Shown here piece after piece: positions 1 to 9,320 of a stretch of 64,000 nt of DNA; position 1 is the first letter of the stretch, and each line of letters begins with the position of its first letter. Origin of the DNA: Vicinamibacteria bacterium (lineage in GTDB: Bacteria > Acidobacteriota > Vicinamibacteria > Marinacidobacterales > Marinacidobacteraceae); the NCBI GenBank assembly GCA_963555995.3, contig OY821641.1, positions 2,432,001-2,496,000 on the forward strand, written 5' to 3'. Made by a program: the position numbers and the translations under genes. The notes beneath the pieces are model-generated. The model saw nothing but the letters and a program-made list of their open reading frames with translations. It was not told the origin of the DNA and did no database searches.

Positions 1-1
1 C

Positions 2-730
2 CAGTTGCACAAGGAGTGCAAGGCCCGGGTCCGGCTGCAGCGGCGCTGCACGGCGTGTGAAGCGGATCTCGAACGCGACGAGATCGTCCGCGGTTACGAA
101 TTCGCGAAGGAGCAGTACGTCCTGATTCAGGAAGAGGACCTCGCCACCCTCCAACTCCCTTCGCTCCGGACGCTGGACATCGTCCAGTTCGTGGAGGAAT
201 CCGAGATCAACCCCCTCTACTACCACGGCTCCTACTACCTGGCCCCGGCCGGCGAGGTCGCCGCCGGGCCGTTCCACACCATCCTCCAGGCGATGCACGC
301 GTCGAAACGGGTGGCCATCGCCCAGGTCGTTCTCGCGGGCAAGGAAAAGGTGGTGGCGATCCGCCCCTCCGACGATGTCTTCCTGATGTCGTTTCTCCAC
401 TATCCGGACGAGGTCCGGAAGGTGTCGGACATTGACGACCTGCCGGCCGCACGCGAACCGAACGCCGCCGAGACCGCGATGGCCCGGCAACTGCTCGACT
501 CCTATGCCCGTCCGTTCGACCTGAGCGACTTCGAAGACAGCTATCGGAAACGCTTCCTGGAGATCGTGGAGGCCAAGTGCCGCGGCGAGGAGTTGGTCAC
601 CGCTCCCAGCGTCGAGCCGCGCCGCGTCATCAACCTCATGGATGCCCTGAAATCGAGCCTCGCCCGGATCGAGGCCGAGGAACTCGGCGACCCGGATCCG
701 GCGTCCGGTGAGGAGCGGCGGGCAAGCTGA
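2..730 (+). CDS. ku: Ku protein (non-homologous end joining), 5'-truncated at the window edge
   Basis: Ku-like motifs IVRGYE, LDIVQFV, INPLYY..SYYLAP, L.YPDEVR, F.DSYR and VINLMDALKSSL; lies directly upstream of a DNA ligase; the N-terminus is missing. Confidence 0.93.
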   Translation, partial: QLHKECKARVRLQRRCTACEADLERDEIVRGYEFAKEQYVLIQEEDLATLQLPSLRTLDIVQFVEESEINPLYYHGSYYLAPAGEVAAGPFHTILQAMHASKRVAIAQVVLAGKEKVVAIRPSDDVFLMSFLHYPDEVRKVSDIDDLPAAREPNAAETAMARQLLDSYARPFDLSDFEDSYRKRFLEIVEAKCRGEELVTAPSVEPRRVINLMDALKSSLARIEAEELGDPDPASGEERRAS

Positions 731-816
731 CCGACGCGCCCCCCCGGTCCCCCGATCGGGACTCGGCGGTCCCCGGAGGAGGACCGGTTCTTCCTCCGGA
801 CTGGCTGGCGCGCGGG

Positions 817-1764
817 GTGAAGCCCATGCTCGCCGGCGAGGGACGCCCGTTCGACTCGGCGGACCATCTCTTCGACGCCAAGTGGGACGGCCTTCGCTCC
901 ATCGCCTTCTTCGGGCCGACGGTCCGGCTCCAGGCGCGCAGCCTCCGCGACCAGACCCGGCGCTTCCCCGAACTCGCCGCGGCGCTGGCCGCACTCCCCG
1001 GGGCCGGCGTCCTCGACGGAGAGATCGTCGTCATGGACGGCGACCGCTCGAGCTTTCCGCTGGTCATGGAGCGCAACCGGATGCGCTCGGAGAGCGCAAT
1101 CCGGCGCGGCGCCGCGGAGACCCCCGCGTGGTTCGTCGCTTTTGATCTCCTCCATCGCGACGGCGCCCGGTTGACCGCGGCGCCGCTAGCCGAACGGCGG
1201 CGCGCGCTGAGCGCCCTGCTTCCCGACGCGGGGGGACGGATCTTCGCCAATCCCCTGGTCGTCGGCGAGGGCCGGCGCTTCTTCGCCGCGATGCGCGAGC
1301 GAAACATGGAAGGGATGGTCGCGAAGCGGCTCCAGAGCCCCTATCGGATCGGCGAGCGCAGCGACGACTGGCGGAAGATCAAGGTGCGCCCCCGGCGGAG
1401 TTGCGTGGTGTTCGGGACCCTGCACCGGAACCCGGACGGGCCGGTGCGTTCCCTGGTGGTGGGAGCCTACGGCCCGGGCGGACCGGTCTGGCTCGGAAAC
1501 GTGGGGAGCGGGCTCGACACCGAGACCCGGAGCCAACTGACCGAGCAGCTCCGGAGCCTCGAGTGCCCCGCTCCGCCCGGCTTCGGGGCGACCGGGGACG
1601 GGCATATCCGCTACGTGAGGCCGCTGCTGGTGGTTACCGTCGAGTACCTGGAACTGACCCCCGCCGGGCGCCTGCGCCATCCGGCGTTCGTGGGGTTCGA
1701 AGACCGGGACCCACGCTCGTGCGAGGTTCCAGCGGTCAGAGAACGTCCAGCAGATCCCGGATGA
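817..1764 (+). CDS. ATP-dependent DNA ligase (stand-alone LigD/LigC-type ligase domain)
   Basis: Motifs KWDGLR, LDGEIV, AFDLL, EGMVAKR, W.KIK, G.VGSG and LRHP.F. Confidence 0.9.
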   Translation: MKPMLAGEGRPFDSADHLFDAKWDGLRSIAFFGPTVRLQARSLRDQTRRFPELAAALAALPGAGVLDGEIVVMDGDRSSFPLVMERNRMRSESAIRRGAAETPAWFVAFDLLHRDGARLTAAPLAERRRALSALLPDAGGRIFANPLVVGEGRRFFAAMRERNMEGMVAKRLQSPYRIGERSDDWRKIKVRPRRSCVVFGTLHRNPDGPVRSLVVGAYGPGGPVWLGNVGSGLDTETRSQLTEQLRSLECPAPPGFGATGDGHIRYVRPLLVVTVEYLELTPAGRLRHPAFVGFEDRDPRSCEVPAVRERPADPG

Positions 1765-2326
1765 TGCGGGCCGTCAGGCCCCAGATGTCGTAGTCCCGGT
1801 ACCGGTACCGGAAGACGACCCGGGAGATGGCGGCGGAACCGTCCCCGAGCCTCCGGCCCCGCTGAACCTCGGCGGTCTCGCAGTCCGGGAGCAACAGCGT
1901 CCCGAGCGGCACTCCGAAGATCTCGTCCACCTCGGGCCCGGCTCGCAGGACCGCCGACGCCGGGATGAGCCCCACGAAGGGGACGAGCCGGAACCCCTGC
2001 ACCGTGAGGCGGTCGTCGAGCCGGCCGAGGACCCGCACCGCGGCCGGGTCGAGCCCGATCTCCTCGCGTCCCTCCCGCAGGGCGGCGGCCAGTTCGGATG
2101 GATCTTCGGGATCGATCATGCCGCCGGGAAACGCGATGTCTCCCGGTTGGCGGCGGAGATCCGCGGCGCGGCGCGTCAGGACAATCTCGTAGCCGCCGTC
2201 CCGCTGGACCAGCGGGACGATGACCGCGGCCCCGCGAAGCGTCGCGTCGAGGCGTCGCGGAGCGCGCTGCGCGAGCCGGGAAGCGATCCGACCGGGGAGG
2301 GTCTCGACTTCGGGTTGGGGGGACAA
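1736..2326 (-). CDS. Nudix CoA pyrophosphatase (NudL/PCD1-like)
   Basis: AAV..PL, LTRRA..LR.QPG.IAFPGG, AALRE..EEIGL and IWGLTA motifs. Confidence 0.88.
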   Translation of the reverse strand: MSPQPEVETLPGRIASRLAQRAPRRLDATLRGAAVIVPLVQRDGGYEIVLTRRAADLRRQPGDIAFPGGMIDPEDPSELAAALREGREEIGLDPAAVRVLGRLDDRLTVQGFRLVPFVGLIPASAVLRAGPEVDEIFGVPLGTLLLPDCETAEVQRGRRLGDGSAAISRVVFRYRYRDYDIWGLTARIIRDLLDVL

Positions 2327-2369
2327 GCTTCGGTGTATCGGTGCGGAACGAGGTCAATATACTCGCGGC

Positions 2370-2852
2370 GTGTCCGGGCGAATTCTCCTCAGAACGGCGG
2401 TTATCGCCGGGGTCCTGTTCGCGGGAAGGGACGCGCTCGCCCAGCCCGTCATCCAGATCGGATCGGGCGGCGAATCGGGGGGCGCGAGAGAAGGATGGGT
2501 TCTCGGCGCCGGTTACAACTTCGACTTCCCGGTACTTCCCTTCGACATCGGCGGCCTGGTCCAGGGCGGCACCGGCATCGAGACCGAGGGCGGGGATACG
2601 CAGTACCCCCTGCGGGCGTTCCTCACCGGCAGAGTGGGGATGCTTCCGCTGCCCGGTTTCAGCGTGTACCTGGGCGGAGGGGCGGGAGTGGCGACCCGGC
2701 TGGGCGGTGAGGCCGAGTCGGCAACCGTGCCGGCGGGGATGGCGTTCGGGGGCTTCGAGGTCGGCAGGCTCCATCTGGAAGTCCAGTGGCAGCGGGAGTT
2801 CCACGAAGAACCCGTGAACCGGTGGGTGACGGCCATCGGGGTTACGTTCTGA
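2370..2852 (+). CDS. Small exported protein, probable outer-membrane beta-barrel
   Basis: GTG at 2370 lies 6 nt after a TATACT box; signal peptide ending ALA-Q; Gly/aromatic alternating strands; C-terminal IGVTF with terminal Phe. Confidence 0.55.
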   Translation: MSGRILLRTAVIAGVLFAGRDALAQPVIQIGSGGESGGAREGWVLGAGYNFDFPVLPFDIGGLVQGGTGIETEGGDTQYPLRAFLTGRVGMLPLPGFSVYLGGGAGVATRLGGEAESATVPAGMAFGGFEVGRLHLEVQWQREFHEEPVNRWVTAIGVTF

Positions 2853-3856
2853 ACGAATCCGTCACGTTCTCCGCACCGACGCGGATTGATCTGGCGGGCG
2901 GCACCCTCGACATCTGGCCGGTCGGCCTGCTCGTTCCCCGCGCCGCGACGGTGAACGCCGCCATCAGCCTCCGGGCGCGGGCAACCGTCTCCACCGGACC
3001 TCGGTTCCGGGTGGTGAATCACCAGCGCGGCCTCGACCTCTCCTCCACCTCTCCCGAAGCGTTCTTCCGCCATCCTTTCGCGGCGCTCGCCGGCCGACTC
3101 CTCGAGTTCTTCAAGCCGCGGGATCCGGTGGAAGTCCATTTCCAGACCACCGCCCCGCCGGGCTCGGGCCTCGGGGGATCGTCCTCGCTCGCGATGGCGA
3201 TCGCCGGAGCGCTGAACGAGGTGACGGGCGCCGGCTGGACGGTCCGGCAACTCGTCCGCATCGTGATGGACACCGAGGTACGGATCCTGAGAACCGCCAC
3301 GGGATCCCAGGACCAGCTCGCGGCGGGCCTCGGCGGCACGCGCGCGCATCACTGGGTGAGCCCGGAACCCCGGTCGGAACCCCTGCCCTGGCTGGACGAC
3401 GGCGCCGATCCCCTCGAGGAGCGCCTCGTCCTCGTGTACACGGGGGAGGCGCATTCGTCCGCGGACCCGAACGGCAGCGTGCTCGAGCGCATCTTCGCCG
3501 GGGAGCCGGCGGCCGTCCGGGGCATCGAGGTGATCGCGGAAGCGGCCTACGGGATGCGGGGCGCGCTGCTCGAGCGGGACTGGGACGGGGTGTCGGAAAT
3601 GCTCGGCGTCGAGTGGGGGGCCCGGCGGGCGCTCTCGGAAAGGGTCACCACGGCGACCATCGAGCGTCTGGGCGACGCGATGCAGCAGGCCGGCGCCCGC
3701 GCGGTCAAGGCGTGCGGCGCCGGAGGCGGCGGCACCCTGATGGCCATCGCCCGTCCCGAAGCACGGCGGGCGGTGGCGGCCGCCGCGCGCGCCGCCGGCG
3801 GTCAGGTCCTGGAAGCGGCCAGCGATGCAGCGGGACTGCGTCGCGAGCCATCGTGA
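2849..3856 (+). CDS. GHMP-family sugar kinase (heptose-7-phosphate kinase-like); start uncertain
   Basis: APTRIDLAGGTLD, PPGSGLGGSSS, TGSQDQ and KACGAGGGG motifs. Confidence 0.85.
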   Translation: MNESVTFSAPTRIDLAGGTLDIWPVGLLVPRAATVNAAISLRARATVSTGPRFRVVNHQRGLDLSSTSPEAFFRHPFAALAGRLLEFFKPRDPVEVHFQTTAPPGSGLGGSSSLAMAIAGALNEVTGAGWTVRQLVRIVMDTEVRILRTATGSQDQLAAGLGGTRAHHWVSPEPRSEPLPWLDDGADPLEERLVLVYTGEAHSSADPNGSVLERIFAGEPAAVRGIEVIAEAAYGMRGALLERDWDGVSEMLGVEWGARRALSERVTTATIERLGDAMQQAGARAVKACGAGGGGTLMAIARPEARRAVAAAARAAGGQVLEAASDAAGLRREPS

Positions 3857-4197
3857 CCGAGGCGACGGAACACGCCGTCTGCAGCGTGGCCAAGCTGAAG
3901 GCGGAATCCGCCATCGCCGTGGACGTCGGCGACCAGCGGATCGCCGTCTTCTGGTACGGGAACCGGGTCTACGCCCTGAACGAGACCTGCCCCCACCGGG
4001 GCGGCCCGCTGCACCAGGGCCGCCTCCGGCACGGCATCGTGATCTGCCCGTGGCACCTCTGGCAGTTCGATCTTGTCACCGGCTGCTCGCCGGTGAACCC
4101 GAACTCGCGGGTCCCCGTCTATCCGGCGCGGGTCGAGAACGGCATGGTGCTGGTCAGCGTGCCCTACCGACCGGCCGCGAACCGTAGTTCTTCGTAG
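3853..4197 (+). CDS. Rieske [2Fe-2S] ferredoxin
   Basis: CPHRGGPL and CPWH..QFD motifs; GTGA overlap with the kinase stop codon. Confidence 0.88.
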   Translation: MTEATEHAVCSVAKLKAESAIAVDVGDQRIAVFWYGNRVYALNETCPHRGGPLHQGRLRHGIVICPWHLWQFDLVTGCSPVNPNSRVPVYPARVENGMVLVSVPYRPAANRSSS

Positions 4198-5003
4198 CGC
4201 TCCGGCGGCAGGTCCGAACCGAAGCGTCTTCCGTGTTTCGGCTCGTGGAAGTCCGATCCGCCGCTGACCATGAGACCCAGCGAGTCCGCGACACTCAGGT
4301 AGTGCTCGCGCTCGTCTTCGTCCTGCTCGACGTGGTACGCCTCGAGCGCCCGGACGCCGGCCTCCCGGAGCATGGAAGGCAGCACGGATTGGTCCTTCAG
4401 ATACTTGGGATGGGCGACGGAGCTGATTCCTCCCGCAGCGTGCACCATCCTCGCGGCTTCGTCCACGCCGATCTTCAATCCATACCGGACATGTCCGGCT
4501 TTCCCGTCGCCGAGATACCTGTCGAAGGCCTCCTTGCGGTCACGCACAGCGCCTTTCCGCACCAACGCGTCCGCCACGTGGGGACGACCGAGCGAGCGCC
4601 CGCTGGACATCGCGGCCACCTCCTCGAACCGTAGGGATACGCCCGCGGCGGTGAGCCGATTGCAAGTCTCCGCGATTCGCGCCCTGCGGCTCTTCGAAAC
4701 CTCATCGAAGAGCGCGGTGAGCGCCCGATCCTCGGGGTCCAGGAACAGGCCCAGCAGGTGGACGGACTCGCGTCCCCACTGGCAACTCACTTCGACGCCG
4801 GCCACCAGTTCGATCCCGCATTCGGCGGCGGCCCGGCGGGCCTCCGGGATTCCGGTCAGGGTGTCGTGGTCCGTCAGCGCCAGCACCGTCACTCCGTCGC
4901 GCGCCGCGGCCTCGACGGCCCCCCGCGGGGAGAGCACTCCATCCGATTCGGTGGAGTGGGAGTGAAGATCAATGTTCGGAGTACGGCCGGCAGCGGATGT
5001 CAT
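4164..5003 (-). CDS. PHP-domain phosphoesterase (TrpH/YciV-like)
   Basis: DLHSHSTESDG, ALTDHD, GRPH, AHP and GGSDFH motifs. Confidence 0.9.
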   Translation of the reverse strand: MTSAAGRTPNIDLHSHSTESDGVLSPRGAVEAAARDGVTVLALTDHDTLTGIPEARRAAAECGIELVAGVEVSCQWGRESVHLLGLFLDPEDRALTALFDEVSKSRRARIAETCNRLTAAGVSLRFEEVAAMSSGRSLGRPHVADALVRKGAVRDRKEAFDRYLGDGKAGHVRYGLKIGVDEAARMVHAAGGISSVAHPKYLKDQSVLPSMLREAGVRALEAYHVEQDEDEREHYLSVADSLGLMVSGGSDFHEPKHGRRFGSDLPPERYEELRFAAGR

Positions 5004-5105
5004 GGAAGGGCCGGAAGTCTAATCGGCGGGTCGAGCTCGAGGGCCGCTAGAATCATGCGTTGTCCGCCCCGGTCCGGGGCGCGAATCAGCCAAGGAGCGA
5101 ACCCC

Positions 5106-5429
5106 ATGCTCAGCCTGACCGATGTCGCCGCCACCAAGGTCGCGGAGTTCCTCGTAAAGCACGAACGCCCGAACGCCCTGCTCCGGGTCCGCGTGGTGGG
5201 CGGCGGATGCTCCGGCTTTCAGTATCAACTGGCGCTTGACGACGAGTCCCGCACCGGAGACCAGGTGATCGAGAAGAACGGCGTCAAGATGCTCATTGAC
5301 GAGCGCAGCCTGCCCTACCTCGAGGGGACCGAGATTGACTACGTCGAGGACATCATGGGAGCGGGATTCCGCTTCAACAACCCGAACGCCGTCTCGAGTT
5401 GCGGCTGCGGGGAGTCCTTCCAGGTCTGA
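5106..5429 (+). CDS. A-type Fe-S cluster carrier (HesB/IscA/ErpA family)
   Basis: GGGCSGFQY and NPNA.SSCGCGESF motifs; GGAG upstream of ATG 5106. Confidence 0.93.
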   Translation: MLSLTDVAATKVAEFLVKHERPNALLRVRVVGGGCSGFQYQLALDDESRTGDQVIEKNGVKMLIDERSLPYLEGTEIDYVEDIMGAGFRFNNPNAVSSCGCGESFQV

Positions 5430-5543
5430 CGGGGAGAGACTGACGAGGGCGCTCAGCCAGGGTTCCGGCGAACGGCCTGATCGCCGGCAACAGGACTGGC
5501 CCGGGCGCCACACCCTGCCCCTCGTCTTCCTGAGCGCCCGGTC

Positions 5544-6308
5544 GTGATCGGCGCCACCGTCGCGGTCCTGACCGTCCGGCTGGCGGCGGGGAGCCTCCTC
5601 GCCGCCGGAATCATCCACGGCGTCCACCGGGTTCCGGACGGTTATCTCCGCCTCGTGGCGCGGGGCGCGGCGGCGGCGATGGCGCTCGGGCTCCTCGCGG
5701 GACGGAGCCGTCCGGAAGCCCCCTTCTGGGCGCTGCTGCTGGCCGGCGCCATCGTGCTCGCCTTCGCCGTTCCCCGCCTGGGCGGCCGCCCACGGGCGCT
5801 CGCCGCCGGCATGGCCGGGACCGGCCTGCTCGGCGCCGTGCTGCCGTCCCTCGCGGCCCCCGAGCTGCCGGGGTTGGCCCTCGCCTCCAACCTCTCGGGC
5901 GCCGCCCTCCTCGGAGGGGTCGCCGCCACGATGCTGCTGGGCCACTGGTACCTGGTGGACACCGCGCTCTCGATCCGGCCGCTCTCCGTCGGCTCCCGCC
6001 TGTGCACCGGCGCCACCGCGCTCCGCATCGGGGTCGCCGCGTTCGCGCTGCTCTACGGGGGAATCGCCGAGCTTCGCCTCGGGAGCGCCTCCGACCTCAT
6101 CTACTCGACCCCCGCCCTCTTCTTCGGGTTCCGGGTCCTGACCGGTCTGCTCTTCCCGGCGTTCCTGGCTCTCATGATCCGGAATACCGTGCGCATCCGA
6201 TCGACGCAGTCGGCAACGGGACTACTCTACGTAGCGCTCATCCTGGTCCTGTTCGGCGAACTCACCGCGGCCTTCCTCGAGGTGGTGACCGCCGGGCGAT
6301 TGGTCTGA
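5544..6308 (+). CDS. Polytopic membrane protein of unknown function
   Basis: About 7-8 hydrophobic segments with conserved-looking MLLGHWYL and TQSATGLLY motifs. Confidence 0.65.
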   Translation: MIGATVAVLTVRLAAGSLLAAGIIHGVHRVPDGYLRLVARGAAAAMALGLLAGRSRPEAPFWALLLAGAIVLAFAVPRLGGRPRALAAGMAGTGLLGAVLPSLAAPELPGLALASNLSGAALLGGVAATMLLGHWYLVDTALSIRPLSVGSRLCTGATALRIGVAAFALLYGGIAELRLGSASDLIYSTPALFFGFRVLTGLLFPAFLALMIRNTVRIRSTQSATGLLYVALILVLFGELTAAFLEVVTAGRLV

Positions 6309-6318
6309 CGCGGAGAAG

Positions 6319-7644
6319 ATGATGAAACCCACGAACGCTCCTCCGGCGGCCGTCCGCGCTCGCGGCCTTGGCCGCCGGCAACTCCTGGCCGGTGTTCCCG
6401 GTCTGGCCCTCCTGCCCCTCGTGCCCGTGGGCCGTCTCGCCGCGGGCGAGCCCCGGCTCGCCACGCCCGCCCCGAACCTCCCCGACTGGGTCCGGACGGC
6501 CCGCGAAGCGGTGCCGGCGGCCACCGCGAGCCCCTACTTCCAGACCGGCGGCATCGGCCCCTCGCCCACGCCGGTAATCGAGCAGTTGGCAGACCGGTTG
6601 GCTTTCCAGAACCGCAGCCCGGCCGCCACCGACGTTGCCGCGGTGATGAGCCGGATCGAGCCGGACCTCCGCGCCCAACTCGCCCGGGTGTTCGGCGCCG
6701 GGGAGGACGAGGTGGCGCTCACCCATTCCACCTCGGAGGGGATCTCCATCGTCGCCTGGAGCCTCGACTGGCGGCCCGGCGACGAGGTCATCATCTCGAA
6801 CACCGAACATCCGGCTAACGTCATCCCCTGGTACGTGCTGCGGGACCGGTTCGGGATCGCGATCCGGGAGATTGACCTGAGCCCCGGCACCGACCTCGTC
6901 GCGGAAGTGCGGCGCCAACTCTCGGAGAGGACGCGGCTGGTCAGCCTGAGCCACGTTTCCCGGAACAACGGCCGGACGCTCCGCACCGAAGACTCCGCGC
7001 GGCTCGCCGAACTTCTCCGCGCCCGCGGCGTCCGCTATCACCTCGACGGCGCCCAGGGTCCCGGCTGCGTGGCGACCGACTTCGCCGCGCTGGGATGCGA
7101 CTGCTACTCGACCTGCGGGCACAAGTGGCTGCTCGGGCCCAAGGGCACCGGGGCGCTGTTCGTGCGGCGCGCGCTGCTCGACGAGGTGCGGTTGAGCTGG
7201 GCGGGCGCGCACAGCCACGAGACCATGGACTACGAGGGCAACTACACGCTCCTCCCGAGCGCGGCGCGCTACGAGTTCGGGACCCGGGCCCTGGCGGACT
7301 TCCACGGCTTCGGGCAAGCCGTGCAGTGGATGGAAGACATCGGGCTCGAACGCATCCTCGACCGGATCGCCGGGCTCGTGGACCATGGGATCGAGGCGGT
7401 CCGGCAGACCCCGGGGCTCGCGGTGGCTTCGCCGGAGGAACCGGCGGACCGCTCAGGGATCCTGGTGGTCCGGCTACCGGAGGGTTGCGACCCGATGACG
7501 CTCTATCGCGACCTCGGCCGGGAGGATGGCATCCTCGCGTCACCGGTTCGCGGCGAGCGCGACTTCCGCCTCTCCATCCACTTCTTCAACACCCGCGAAG
7601 AAATCTCCGCCGCGCTCGAGACCATCGTCTCCCGGTGCGCCTGA
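6319..7644 (+). CDS. Class V PLP aminotransferase (cysteine desulfurase/epimerase-like) with a probable Tat signal
   Basis: STSEG, EHPAN, DGAQ, GHKWLLGP.GTG and RYEFGT motifs; N-terminal GRRQLL followed by a hydrophobic stretch. Confidence 0.88.
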   Translation: MMKPTNAPPAAVRARGLGRRQLLAGVPGLALLPLVPVGRLAAGEPRLATPAPNLPDWVRTAREAVPAATASPYFQTGGIGPSPTPVIEQLADRLAFQNRSPAATDVAAVMSRIEPDLRAQLARVFGAGEDEVALTHSTSEGISIVAWSLDWRPGDEVIISNTEHPANVIPWYVLRDRFGIAIREIDLSPGTDLVAEVRRQLSERTRLVSLSHVSRNNGRTLRTEDSARLAELLRARGVRYHLDGAQGPGCVATDFAALGCDCYSTCGHKWLLGPKGTGALFVRRALLDEVRLSWAGAHSHETMDYEGNYTLLPSAARYEFGTRALADFHGFGQAVQWMEDIGLERILDRIAGLVDHGIEAVRQTPGLAVASPEEPADRSGILVVRLPEGCDPMTLYRDLGREDGILASPVRGERDFRLSIHFFNTREEISAALETIVSRCA

Positions 7645-7676
7645 GCCCACTGCGGCGCTGAACCGAGGCGACGCTC

Positions 7677-8135
7677 TTGGCCAAGCGTGCGCCCGAGGTG
7701 GGGTTCTACTGCGACGCCTGCGACCGGTATTCGACCTGGAACCCTCCCTTCCAGACCGATGATGACAAATGCCGGCACTGCGGCCACCGGAATCCGCCCG
7801 CCGCCGCCCAGGGTCTCTCGGGCAGTGCCGCCTTCGGCGCCTGCCCGCAGTGCGGAAACCCCGAGCTCTACCGGAAGAAGGACGTTCCGCAGCAGATCGG
7901 TTGCGCGGTAGTGCTGAGCGCGATCGCGCTCTCCACCATCGCCTACGCGCTCTGGGACTTCCCGGGAGCGTTTGCCGTCTTCGCCTCCGTCGCGCTCCTC
8001 GATTTCCTGATCTACCGCCGCCTCGGGACCGTCACGGTCTGCTACCGCTGCCATGCCGAGTTCCGCCGGTTTCCGGGAAATCCCGACCACGGCGACTTCG
8101 ACATGCACCGCGCCGAAGAGTACGAAGCGGAGTAG
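7677..8135 (+). CDS. Small membrane protein with four CxxC motifs (zinc-ribbon-like)
   Basis: CDAC, CRHC, CPQC and CYRC motifs around two hydrophobic helices. Confidence 0.7.
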   Translation: MAKRAPEVGFYCDACDRYSTWNPPFQTDDDKCRHCGHRNPPAAAQGLSGSAAFGACPQCGNPELYRKKDVPQQIGCAVVLSAIALSTIAYALWDFPGAFAVFASVALLDFLIYRRLGTVTVCYRCHAEFRRFPGNPDHGDFDMHRAEEYEAE

Positions 8136-8147
8136 CGCCAGGCACCG

Positions 8148-9311
8148 ATGCCGGGTCCCGGGATCCCCGATACGAGCGAGGGCCTGACGGCCGGGTGGCT
8201 GCACCGGGCCCTGGTGGCCGGGGGCCGGGCCGACTGTCCACCGGTGCGTGCCCTGAAGTGCGAGGCCATCGGGGAGGGCGTCGGGTTGATGGCGGAGATC
8301 CTCCGCTGCGAGCTGACCTTCGCCGAGGACGACGGCCCCTCCGAGAGCGTGATCGTGAAGCTCCCGAGCGACAAACCGCGGAATCGCAGACTCGGCCGGC
8401 GGTGGCGTCTCTACCACCGCGAATTCACGTTCTATCGTCACCTGGCGCCCGCATCGCCGCTCCGCGCTCCCGCGCTCCTCTACGGCGACTTCGACCCCCG
8501 CACCCACCGTTTCGTGCTCGTTCTCGAGGATCTCCGCAACCTGACGGCCGCGGACCAGGTACGGGGCGCCACCGCCGAGCAGGCCCGGCGGGCGGTGCGG
8601 GAGGTGGCCGGGCTCCACGGGAAACACTGGGACCGCGTCGCCGCGCTGCCGGCCGGTTTCCGTGAGATGCTGGCGCCCTGGGTCTGGTCGGCTCTGCAGG
8701 TCTCCTACCTGATGGGCCTGCCGCGCAGCCTGTCCCTCCTTTCCGCCTCGTGGCCCGAGGAGGTCCGGGACCTGGCGGAGGAGTACGGCCTCCGGCTGGT
8801 GGACCATCTCGGCCAACTCGTGGAGGAACCGCTGACCTTCGTGCACGGCGACTACCGTCTCGACAACATGTTCTTCGACGGGGACGGCCTCACGGTGGTG
8901 GACTGGCAGAACAGTGCGGTCGCGAACGGCCTCTACGACGTGGCCTACTTCCTCGCGGGAAGCGTCGCGCCGGAAGTCCGCCGCGCCGTCGAGAGAGACG
9001 CGCTGCTCGAGTACCACGACATCGTCTGTGGCCTCGGCGCCCGGGAGTTCCCGTTCGAGCGCTGCTGGCGGCTCTACCGGGAAACCCTCCTCGGTTGCCT
9101 GGTGCTGCCCGTCGTGGTCGCCGGTTGGCTGGGAGAGAACCGGGGACGGCAGTTGGAACTGCGGAACGTCATCGCAACCCGGACGGCGGCGGCGCTCCGG
9201 GACCTGGATGCCGGCGCCGTTTTGCCGGAGATCCCGCCGTTCGCGAGCCGGGCCGGCCTCCGGCACGCCCTCTGCCGGGCCGGGTACCGCGCCTACCGCG
9301 CCTTCGCCTGA
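8148..9311 (+). CDS. APH/ecdysteroid-kinase-like phosphotransferase
   Basis: IGEGVG, VIVK, RE..FY, LEDL, HGDYRLDNMFF and VVDWQ motifs. Confidence 0.85.
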   Translation: MPGPGIPDTSEGLTAGWLHRALVAGGRADCPPVRALKCEAIGEGVGLMAEILRCELTFAEDDGPSESVIVKLPSDKPRNRRLGRRWRLYHREFTFYRHLAPASPLRAPALLYGDFDPRTHRFVLVLEDLRNLTAADQVRGATAEQARRAVREVAGLHGKHWDRVAALPAGFREMLAPWVWSALQVSYLMGLPRSLSLLSASWPEEVRDLAEEYGLRLVDHLGQLVEEPLTFVHGDYRLDNMFFDGDGLTVVDWQNSAVANGLYDVAYFLAGSVAPEVRRAVERDALLEYHDIVCGLGAREFPFERCWRLYRETLLGCLVLPVVVAGWLGENRGRQLELRNVIATRTAAALRDLDAGAVLPEIPPFASRAGLRHALCRAGYRAYRAFA

Positions 9312-9320
9312 GCGAACCCG

